Of a stretch of 64,000 nt of DNA, positions 1 to 13,035 are shown one piece after another. The position numbers and the translations under genes were made by a program. The notes under the pieces were generated by a model that saw only the letters and a program-made list of their open reading frames with translations, made no database searches and had not been told where the DNA came from. Every line of letters begins with the position of its first letter. Position 1 is the stretch's first letter. This DNA comes from Auanema rhodensis (lineage: Eukaryota > Animalia > Nematoda): contig OZ059896.1 in assembly GCA_964057225.1 (NCBI GenBank), positions 14,756,001 through 14,820,000 of the forward strand, in the 5' to 3' direction.

Positions 1-1429
1 TATATACTATGTAGTTACACACCTTCATTATTTCTTCATTAATATTAACATTCCAGATGTTTTGAAGCATTTTCTTTTCTCTTTTTTTCTTATTTTTTTA
101 CATTTTCTACTTTATAAAAGTTGTTAAATGAAGTAGATATCGTTCTGTTTTCAATTCAGCACCAAAATAGATGTATCTATCCATATGAGAAAGTGCTGCT
201 GAACAAAAGAGCCGATCTAACTTCGAAATACACAAAATAGAAAACTTCAATAGTGTCAAGATCAGTTCATCTTATCGAATATACATATTAGGCGTGAAAT
301 TAAACAGAATTGAAAAATCAAAATTAAAATTGATTTTTTAAAAAATGTTCAAATGGACGGCAACTGCATAACCTTTAAACTTTGAAAGGACCTTCGCATA
401 GAATAGGGAGATAAATGACGAGCCAAAGGGACAACCTATTGTCTGTTTTAGGTCAGCTGACTGGCTTACTGAACAAGGGCGGTATTACCTGAGGGAGGTC
501 AATGCAACCAAAACTGGAGCTCTCACTCACATGTACACTGTCATTCCTCTCATCTATTCAAACTCTCTGTGTTTCACTCTTTGTCAATGTGTATTCTTCA
601 TCTTTCTCTTCGTTGTTATACACCTAATGTCTAACCGTCTCCAATATTAGTCTTCTCTCTTCCTTTTCTTGTCGTATCTGCTCTTCACGTCGTGTCTTCA
701 TTTTCAGTCTAAAACATCATCACCTTACCTAGATTATTGATGACTCAACCGTTCATTTCAATTTTAAAACTTCATAACAAATAATAACACATTATTTGTT
801 ATAATGATACTGAAATGTAAGATCAATTTTTATTTTACTATAGATTACGAAAATAAATCGCGATATTTAAAATTTGAATATTACAATTGTTTCACGTATT
901 TCACGTGTCTAAACGCCTTACGTTCACTTTCATTATTATGAATTCAGACGAAATGTACGGTTGTGGTTGACTCAAATATTCAAAAGGGTAAACTAAATTT
1001 CTTTTTTCACATATATCTTGTATTATTTTAATAAATATAATAACAAATATCTTAAACTGTAGATGTAATTGAGAAAACTATATACATATTTATTGAAATA
1101 TATTTTATTTGTTCAACCTTTTAGGGTATCCTTGAATGATAATCGAATGTCCATATGTATATATGTATTAGATTGTCATTCCCTGAAAGAATCTATTGAA
1201 TGAATATTTATATAAAACCTTCTTTAAACGCCTGACTATCCATTCACAATCAGTTTTCTCATAAGCTTATGAACAGTTGAACATAGGTGAGACTGTTCAG
1301 TATTTGTATATTATAAATATCATTAACGATTATTATTATAACATAATGTTTTTCGTTTTTTTTTCTATATCAAAATCCTCGAATTCTTCAGAAAGCATGA
1401 TCCAATATTCCCAAAACTAAACTACCAGC

Positions 1430-3503
1430 ATGTCGTCGTCTTATTTCATCCCAGTCTCATTACCCAAATGGGAGAAAAATCTCAGTTATGCTGTGTGGAT
1501 ATTTCATTCACTTTCGGCTTTTGTGATATCATACTATGTGTCGAATGGTCCAGTATCACATTGGATTAAACATTGGTTAGACAAATCTACGTAAGTACTT
1601 TATACGTTCAATCAAAGATATTATTATGCATGTTTCCTAGTTATATCGAAGGCTATCAATTCGATAACTCTGACACAGAATGGAGAGTATTTCGATTAGG
1701 AATTGTTCATATGGCTACATCAAACTTAGTTAATTCAATCGGGTATAACATCTACAATTTAATTTAATTTTGAAGAAGAACTTTTAGTTTTCATTTAATT
1801 ACTAAATACTTACATGGAATCTCAGTTCAATACGCTTTAATATTCCTTGGGCTTGCTACACAAGTTCATATGACCAGGTATCCCTTCAAATCTGTTTCAT
1901 GGCTTCCTAGCATCGTCAACTTCCTTCCTTTCAGCTTGCCCTGTATGCTGTTAGTTCTAGCTTTTACATTTGTGGTGATATGGATAACTATTAAAACAAA
2001 AAGTCAAACTTTAGCTTGGATATTCTGTATTACCTTTGTTGTAAAAGCACCGAACTATCTGCCCTTTACTATCGGGCTTCACACCTTCTACAGAGAATTC
2101 AACGTATACCTTTACAACGCCTTCAAAGTACGTTGCAACTCGAAGAATCAATCTTAAACAAATTTTGTTTTTTACAGTTACTTAACTTCTGTTTATATAT
2201 ATGCAGGAATCCTAATATTCATTACAAAGATATCATGTTAGATCACATGCTTTACATCTCTTACTTACCGTATTCAATGTCTTTAATAGTTTTGTTCGAA
2301 GATTTTCAAGCTCAAATCAAGCAAAGACTTGCGCTTCCCCCTAAGTTACCAGACATGTCAGATATCAATATGAAGAAATATATATTTATAATAAATTTTC
2401 AGGAAATGCTTAAAGTTTGGAATGCGAATCATATTCTGGATGTTTGCTTATGACTTCTTACTTCATATAATACATGTGAATGCACTCTTCAACTCTCCGT
2501 TTACAGTGATTGACGGATTGAATAAGTATGAGTGTGAGTTAATCTTACATAATATTCTTGAACTTTTCATTAATTTAAGTAGCTTCTATAGCCTATGTAG
2601 TAGGACAATTTTTCCACGTGAAGTATGTTGTAATATTTGGCTTGCCTTCCTTCTTCGCTACATTAGACGGTACAAATTCATTACAAAACTTCCATTAAAG
2701 TTCATCATTGTCTTCAGGAATGATACCACCACCACCTCCGATATGTATCTCAAGAGTAACAAGATATTCTCGAATGTGGAGACACTTCGATTATGGTCTA
2801 TACCAATTCCTTAAGAATAATGTAGGCTATAAATGAAAAAATATAAAAATTCATCTTACATATACAGGTGTATATTCCGCTAATGAAACCTGAACTACCT
2901 ACATATTTGTCTATCTTAAGAAATGTGGGTACATTGGTAGCAGTTTTCAGCGTCGTAATAGCGTGGCATGGGGCTAGCTATCATTACATATGTTGGGTAA
3001 AATAACATTTGAAAACAATTTGAAAACAAATAACACCAAATATAGGTATCGTTATCTGCTTTGGAACTTGTGATAGAAAAAATAGGACAAGCCATATGGT
3101 CAACAGCCCACTTCCAGAATTTAAGGAAGTTGATTGGAGAAGTTAATACTAGGAGAATAATAGCTTTATCAATGTTAACCACCGTGATACCAGGTACTAG
3201 GTGGCCCGGAAAATTGCATTTAAGAATACCAATTTCCAGGAATATTTGGAGTATTTTTCTTCCTAGGGCAGGATGGAATAGGACAGACCATTTTCAACAA
3301 ATTATTATACAATGGAATAATAGAGTTGGCAACGTTTAGCGCAAGTATCAGCTCGTAAGATACTACAATAATCAAAAAAACCAACCCATGATTTTCCTTT
3401 CAGATCTAGCGCTGGATTTGTACTATTCCATTTATTGGTCCTAGGATACTATTTCAACCATGTGTGTATTGAACTAGATAGAAACAAGATTAAAATAAAA
3501 TAA
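1430..3503 (+). CDS. hhat-2: Hedgehog acyltransferase-like membrane-bound O-acyltransferase (MBOAT, HHAT/GUP1 subfamily), 12 coding exons
   Basis: Hand-spliced exons, all GT-AG and in frame: 1430-1590, 1641-1742, 1788-1877, 1935-2127, 2178-2356, 2403-2533, 2580-2669, 2718-2821, 2868-2996, 3046-3193, 3240-3354, 3404-3503. The protein has HHAT-type segments DNSDTEWRVF, GQFFHVKYVVIFGLPSFFATLDG, PPPPICISRVTRYSRMWRHFDYGLYQFLKNNVYIP and the catalytic-His motif VIAWHG. It ends ...NKIKIK*, a KxKxx ER-retrieval signal. The symbol rests on family plus recalled adjacency to rps-18/sec-61 in C. elegans. Confidence 0.9.
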
Positions 3504-3565
3504 ATTTCAATTTATAACGATTTATCGAGGTATTAACAGAAACAACACCCCGAGAACAATTATAT

Positions 3566-4116
3566 TTATCCTCCCTTCTTCTTGGATACTCCGACAGTGC
3601 GTCCCTTGCGTCCGGTGGTCTTGGTGTGTTGTCCACGGACACGGAGTCCCCAATAATGACGAAGTCCTCTGTGAAGGCGGATCTTCTTCAGACGCTCAAG
3701 ATCCTCACGAAGCTTGTTGTCAACAGCGGTAGAAAGAAGCTATATTCAAAAAATAATGAAAGAAACAATAAAAGTTTATACCTGTCCGTACTTTCCGTCC
3801 TTGTAGTCCTTTTGTCTGTTAAGGAACCAGCTTGGGATCTTGTATTGGGAGGGGTTTTGCATGACGGTGGTGATCTTCTCGAAATCATCCTCGGAGAGCT
3901 CTCCGGCGCGTCTGTTTACATCAATATCAGCCTTGCGGCAGCAGAGGAAGGCGAAACGACGACCAACTCCCTACAATTAATAATAAATTCAAATTCAAAA
4001 GTAGATAAGATTACCTTAATAGCAGTAAGGGCGTATGGAACCTTGCGGTTACCATCGATGTTGGTGTTCATCACACGATGAATGTGTACGAACTTCTCAG
4101 GAAGAATCAGGGACAT
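3566..4116 (-). CDS. rps-18: 40S ribosomal protein S18 (uS13), 3 coding exons
   Basis: Exons 4116-4015, 3970-3782 and 3739-3566 give [161 protein letters not shown] acceptor (probable trans-splice site) lies at 4138-4143 on the minus strand. Confidence 0.99.
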
Positions 4117-4143
4117 GTTGGTCCTGATGTATTACCACTGAAA

Positions 4144-4794
4144 TAAAAAAAAAGAATAAATACAAAAAATTAAATAGATTTGAAATTATTGAAAATACAA
4201 ACAAGAAGAAAAACTATTGCTATAACCGAGCATAGCTCAATTCAATAACTTCGAATTTTTAATTTAAAAACAAATAAAAATAACGTTCATAATGCATTTT
4301 TCAAGGAAAATAAAAAGGGAAAATTTAGGAATGGAGGAAAAACAAGAGAAAAAGTAGATATTTTAAATGTCTACTGTAGGAAGGTCTTTCGTGTTGAGAT
4401 TATTAACGTATTTTGTGGAGTGTGCAAATATTCTCATTCGCGCTAGGACCCTGCAGTCCAAATTTCTTAAACTGTGGGCGGAGCTTAGATTTTATTAAAA
4501 AATAATAAAAAAATTAAAATAAATAAAGTTTATTTATGTTTTTTGATCTATCATAATTTTTTTCACACCAAGAGCTTCATTTTAACATATGATAAGTCAT
4601 TGTTTTGTACTTAATTGACGAGATCAGCTTGTGACCCTGGATTTTTGCAGTCGGGTACGGTAGTGCGTTGGCAAATTGTGCTCACCATAGCCGCGGCGTA
4701 CCTTTTCGACATCCAGTTTCCCACTTTGTGGTGTGTCTGCTGGGTCTCATTCTTGGTTTAGGAAGTTCTACTAGTTTCTTGGATATCTCTGGAC
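4144..4794. promoter_or_regulatory. Shared divergent promoter/outron region of rps-18 and sec-61
   Basis: About 680 bp separate the head-to-head start codons (4116 and 4795). The region contains a GC box GTGGGCGGAGC (4474-4484), TACTGTA (4372-4378) and TACGGTA (4656-4662) in locally GC-richer patches either side of an AT-rich spacer. Confidence 0.65.
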
Positions 4795-6626
<1,832 letters not shown>

Positions 6627-6997
6627 ATTAATTAATGTTTTATTTATTGAAATTATACGTGTTCACAACATTTAAGTTGTAATAAAATATAATTTTAATT
6701 TATTAAGCTCCTAAAAATACGATTAGAACATGAAATTGATAGGTTTTTTCTTACATCGTTTTATCGTAGGGGTTTTACGGCTCGTTTGATGTCTCGCGTG
6801 TTTGTACTCAGAGGGGTGACCCCCCTTGTTGTTGTGTTGTGTTAACTCTAAGCTCATATATACAAAGAAGAAAAAATAAATGTAGAATAATATTTTATTT
6901 TTGGAATTTCTTGATTTTGTACACAGTTTAAGTAACCCGACTCTTCTTCGAGACCTATTCATCATTAGGGCGAAATTGATAACAATCTGTCGATGTG

Positions 6998-9900
6998 CTA
7001 TCGACAGTGAGCACAGTTGATCCTAACTTGGCCGTAGAGATAAGGATTTAGTACAGCAGTAAAGACCATAAGTTGTTGTGCAAAGTAAATCTGTAATAAT
7101 AATGGATTGTATAGGACCGTCTAGCTCTTTTATAACATACATTATCAACAAGTTTTTGGAACAAATGTGGGTCAAGTATATGTAAGAGCGATAGGAAGTT
7201 ATATGGAAACCAGCAGACTATATAAGCCACAATGAGCAAGCAGGAAATTCGGAATGCTCGCGCTCTTAAATATTTCAGTTTTATCATCGAAAAGAAGGAA
7301 AAAAGAAAGCAAACCTCGTTACACTAGCAGAATATGATTGACTTGTATGCACATTCGTTCTAATGACAGCACTTGCTTCGCTTGGAGTTATGGAAGGCCT
7401 TGTGAGTGGCACGTTGCTATCATCCAATACAATAATTTGTGGCGGATGATCATAAGTCGTTAAAGCTGCAAAAAATCAAATTTTAAACTATAAATCTATA
7501 AATTATTTTATTTCTTGCTATTCTACCTATTCCTTTGCCTTCTGTAGAATCTTTTAGATGTTTTGAAATAGAAAAACTTCGCAAAGGGTTCCACTCTACA
7601 ATTAAAAACATCAAAAAGATCACTAAAAATTCTAATTTTTTTATTTTTTATTTCAAAAGAAAAAGGTATTCGAGTACCTGAGGCTCTTGTGAGTAGAGTC
7701 TCAGCTGTTTCTCCACCGAAGCTTCCGCCACTTCTCCGTTGCACAATCGGATTTCCCTTGCTTGTCGACCGACTGTTGACCCATACCCAGGATAGAATGC
7801 TCACATATGAAATCTGAAAAGAACAAAAATCATTCCTTGTTTATTGAAATAGAGATAATATTGATCAACCGCTCTTCACAGGCGTTTGCCTCAAAATGAA
7901 ATCTTAAGCATACTTCGTCCGTTCACGTAACTTCACGTAAATGTTTGGGAAGTCGCTACTTTTTTCCCTCTTATTTGTTGATTGTAAATGGGAAATGCAA
8001 GACATGTGCTTATTTCAAGCTCATTTTCTTTCATTTTTTGAAGTATTTCCCTGTTTTGTCTTGGCAATTCTAAGGATAACATGTCAACGAAAAACAGTCG
8101 TTCAAAATAAGGATGTTGCACCGAAGTTTGAAATGGAAATATATTAATATTTTGAAGAAACGTTTTCAAGAGTTTGTACTTATACGTTGAAGCGTATCTT
8201 CACTGCTTCAAAAGGTTATTACTAAATATTCTAATAGAAAATTGGTTTACTTTCAAGAGTATATAATTAAGCTTGTTGCCTGGAAATCTATTTTGCTTTC
8301 TCTAGACTGTTTTTCGTGCTCTATGTATAGTTAGTTACATATAATTTTCTTGTGAGTAAGAGTTAGAGAAAGTTGAACTTTTTGCAATTAAGACGAAAGC
8401 AACTCTGTTGTTTTCATTGAGCGGTGACCGAGAGCTAGAGATCTATTCTCGTATTCCCTTTAAGAGATCTCTGAGCTATGATGAAGGTCAGAGGATAGAC
8501 TGATGATCATCAATGTCATAATTCGAAAAAGAGTACTGATGTTATCGAGTTAATAAGAAGTCGGAAATAAGCCGAATCTTATTTCAGTTTACAGTATGTT
8601 TTGTTCAACAATATTATTATTTCATTGAAGAGTTTCTAAGAAAACTATTCCAAATTACTAACCGCAATTATAATGGCGGGCAGCCAGAAAACGAGACAGA
8701 TATGTACAATACTGTAAAGAGATTCTAAATCAAATAGATGACGTTGTTGTGAGGGATGCTTTTGGCGGGCAATCTCCCAAATCTGCAAAAAAAAAGTTTT
8801 TAACCGCAATGATCAAAAGTAATTAAATGCAATGGAATTTTTAAAAAGAAGAATATTTAATAAAAACTTACGGTCAGACATTGATGCCATCGATGATCAG
8901 GAAAAACTAAATAGTTCTTCCAAACCATAAGTTGTGGTGAGCTTATCAGGACAGCCAACAGCCATGCTATAAATAGTTTTCAATTACATGAATGGATATG
9001 AAACTATTAAAAAGCTCAAAAAGAGCTTGTTGAAAGCTATTTGATGTACTAAATAAAAATGATTATAATAGATAATTTACCTATAAATAGCATCTTTCTG
9101 GTGTGATTCTTACCCCTGGTAGGACATTTATAAGAATCACATAGTATAGAAAATAAACGATCTATGGCAATGCAAACAATAATATTTGATGAAGCCTAAA
9201 GTAATTATTATAAGAACAGAAAATTATATATATATATACAACATATTGAATAAAGTTTTTTCTAATCTATATGTACATGAAATTAAATTCTTTAAAAAAT
9301 GATGTTCTCTTTCTTCTTCACTCAATGTGACATTTTGTTCTATTCAACTGCCTTTTAACTTTTTTTTCTATCTGGTCAAGAAAGTTTTTCTTTTAATTAC
9401 TACGATATATTTGGACTTATTTGAGAAAATCTTTAGAAATGCAAGATTGTGTCAGCTTGCAGGATTTATAAATAGAATTAATTCTTAGAAAAAAATGCTT
9501 ACTTGAAAGCTGAATGTATGCATGAACTTTACAACTTTACATAGCATATCACCACCTCTCCAATCATAAGTTAACAACCAGCATATTCTATAAGATTTTG
9601 AAGAAATCATCAATTTATAATTCAAAATTTGTACCTGGACGGAACGTAGACGAAGATTATTGTTAAATCAGCATGATTCAGATGCTTTTTCAATAAGTCT
9701 AATCTGCTAATAGTTGGCTTCTCACGTTGCTGAAACATTAGATATTCTATTATTATATAACGGTTATAATAAGATTATGACGATATTATACAATTTTATC
9801 ATTCATATCTATTTTAAGCTTGAATAAACTAAATTTTTAATATTTAATTATCAACTTTTTTCAAGTATTTGGTGTAAATCAACATGTCATTTATCATGAA

Positions 9901-11752
9901 TTATAACATAATTCTATGAAATTCATTCATTATCTTCATTAAAACGATTATGTCGTTAGTTTATAGAAAAAGAAAAAAGTTTCCGTTAATCATAGCTAAT
10001 GTCTTGCCACATATGAATGTATTTCTTCAGAACAATGATGTTTCAATCTAAACGAACAACACCATATATGAATGAATATTGTAGTTTGATACGTGTATTT
10101 TGAAATAAAACTTAGAGATATATACATATATCTAACTGTAGTATGAATGTTCAAAATTATTTACGAAAAAGTGTTTGTAATGTGATTGAGGCTTGAATTA
10201 GATGATAATATGTTTATGTTTCCCTTTATTTACTCTTCTTTTTTTTTGTGCAAAAAAGGCTGTTTAGAACAATAAATTGAAGCTAATGTTATCATGACGC
10301 CATAGATGCTGGAAGAATTGATTTCTATATTCAATATCCTTTCTTCTATTTTGATTCAAATTTTTTTAAATTTTACAAATCTTTTCATATATATATATAT
10401 ATATATATATTTTAATATTAAATAGAAATTCATTTAGAATCTTTTAGAATATAAATTAATATTCTGTTTTGCATAATAAATGTATATTTCTTAGTTTCAT
10501 TTGATATAATTAGTTGATTTACATAATGATTACACGCACGAATATTTTACTTATTATATGCTAATTACGTCATTTATTAATAAAGCGTGGTTTTACTTTT
10601 GTATCTACTATACTGTGTGCAACGGTCGATTTATCATTTTATTTTCATAATAATTCTCATTTATTCATTTTTAGACGATAAATGATGCTGGCGGATATTT
10701 ATATTTCAATGGCTTTTGGTTATATTTTGTTTCTAATACTTATCGATGTTGTTCTTAACTTGAGCTTCATAGTCTTCTTCCTGGGATGAAATCCCAATAG
10801 TTTTTCTTCATCTCACTACTCAATTATATCGTTCGGATGAAAATGTGAGTAAGAGAGATTATGAAAGAAAGACAGAGGGAGAGAGGGAGTAAGTGAAAGA
10901 AAATAAAAACAGGAGATTAGATATTAATTTTGGATGAAAATTGAAAGAAAAACAAAGTAAGCTCTCTAGATGTTGAAGAGTACTTGATGAAACAAAGTAT
11001 ATAAACCAGATTCACAACCTATATATGTTGTATTTGATAGGATATATAAGTATTCAAATCAAAAGGGGAAAGCTGATGAGGACGAAGCCATTTAGTTAGG
11101 TAGAGATAAAAGGGGTGAGGGTATAGGAAGGTTGATGGAAAAATATAAACAGATAGCATGGAACGAAGGAGAAAAGTAAAGGATAGAAGGAAAAGAAGGA
11201 TTGCGAGAAGTAGGGGAAGGGGTAGGCTCTGAAAACCGAAAAAGTACATTTCTTTTCATTCATAATGTTTTGAAGCATCAAAATAGTAAAAGCATTTTTC
11301 AATAAACGGATCTGTTGCCATAGGCAGTTTGAATTAGACTTCATGTTCCTTCATGAAGTATTCCTAGCTGTTGCTGTAGTAGTAAAAGAAGTACTAGTAC
11401 TCAATTTAAAATAAACTTTGTTAATGTTAAATTGACAAAATTCTCAAAATAGTTTGCTGAACTTATTGACTAAACTACATTCAATAGGTTGTTTAGTTGT
11501 GTACATGTGAGAGAGGTGAATACGAGAAGGTATTTCCTATTTAGGTTTTCATTTTAAGCAAACTTTAAACTCTATTTCAATGTTGAATATAGGAAATATC
11601 TTGAAACATACCTGAACCCAGGCACCCAGATTCATGGGAGCTCCTAAAGCAAACACGAGCAAAAGCGAATACATTTCTAATCGGTCTGTCAGGACTGGTT
11701 GAGGTGGCCCATTTGATATTATCGCCGGCGAATATGTTGTCGTCATTACCAT
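6998..11752 (-). CDS. daf-38: Class A GPCR, GnRH-receptor-related (gnrr) family, DAF-38-like, 11 coding exons
   Basis: Exons 11752-11612, 9729-9635, 9587-9503, 9195-9081, 8966-8872, 8782-8663, 7813-7678, 7595-7527, 7465-7315, 7264-7141, 7090-6998, all GT-AG and phase-consistent. Motifs: GAPMNL (TM1), HLNHADLTIIFVYVP (TM2), WLLTYDWRGGDMLCK, SSNIIVCIAIDRL (TM3), SSPQL, VFWLP (TM5), CWFPY (TM6), NPYLYG (TM7). Loop segments LTRASEWNPL and RPSITPSEASAVIRTNVHTS match my recollection of C. elegans DAF-38. The family call is firm; the orthology call is less so. Confidence 0.9.
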
Positions 11753-12939
11753 CAATAGTCTGAAAAAAGAAGATGACATTTGAAATCAAGGTTAATGAAG
11801 GCAAGAATAGCTTCATCGCAATCATGCGCCAATAGAGACATAATACGAAAGAGATTTGGATATAGATGATCAACACACTTATAACAAACAAATTGATAAT
11901 ATAAGTTGAATGATTAGTTTATGAAATAACTTTGACAGAGAGCAAGAAGGCGGAGATTAACAGGAGAGAAGGTGAGGAAGGAATAATGTGACAAAGTTCG
12001 TCAATGGAGACAACGACGAAGAGAATGAAATAAAGAATTGAAAAGTGAAGAGTAGCAGCTATGTCTTGTCCTAATAATGTAGAGGCTTCCTGTTTTCCGG
12101 ATTGTCTTCCGTTCTTGTGTTTCAGCGAGTTCTCAATACTGATGCATGAATAGAGAGAAGGCTATATAAGGTTAAAAAAAAGAATAACAGCATCAATTGG
12201 CGATGCTAGAAAAGCGTAAAGTTCAGGAAACGCTCAAAGAAATTAATGTATTATATCATATAGTTTAGCTGGACGGAAAAGAGGACGAGACAAAGACAGT
12301 GCATCGTTGTTATGAAAGCATATTTCATGGTTTCTGTATGCTTAGTTTGTGATAAAGCAGGATACCATGCAGAAAGGATGTGGGATGCTAGAAAAGCATG
12401 AGAATGAGGAGGAGAGAGAGATAGATAGAGAAACTATATGAGATGGAGAGGGAGATGTTGAAGCAAAGAAGTAAAAGAGGAACGAAGTAATGATGAATAT
12501 GGGAGAAAGAAAAGAACGAGGTAAATATATTGTATAGGTAAAGTGCAGATATTTGTCAATTCATTGTACAGACGACGAAGTTGAGGACAAGTTGCGTGGT
12601 GGGCAAACTATGATATATAGTATACATTATTATATACTAATCAGATTTTAGGATATGAAGGCTGATAAAATGCGTAAGAAGCATGACAACAAACTTATTA
12701 TGCCACTTGAATTTTCAATTTTCAGATGAAAAAGAGGAAGAAGAAGAAGGGCAGGTAAGAGTGTGAAGCAGACAAAGGACAAGAAACAAACGAAAAAGGC
12801 TTTCGTCAGTAAATACCTTAAGCCATAAGGCTGCCTCTACTGATGTACATATATATACGAAGACTTCTGTTCAAATCTTGCAACATCTTCAAATTATGTG
12901 TGAGAAGCAGAAAAAAGAGAAAAAATGACTGAATGCTGA

Positions 12940-12952
12940 GAGAGAGAGATAA

Positions 12953-12999
<47 letters not shown>

Positions 13000-13035
13000 T
13001 AAATACAGAGAGAGATATATATAGAGAGAGAGAGT
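12940..13035. repeat. Imperfect (GA)n microsatellite
   Basis: Directly visible GA run with AT interruptions. Confidence 0.85.

Noticed and set aside
3626-4081. 151-aa plus-strand ORF over rps-18, and minus-strand ORF 6195-6593 over sec-61
   Set aside because: These are antisense shadows of strongly codon-biased genes.
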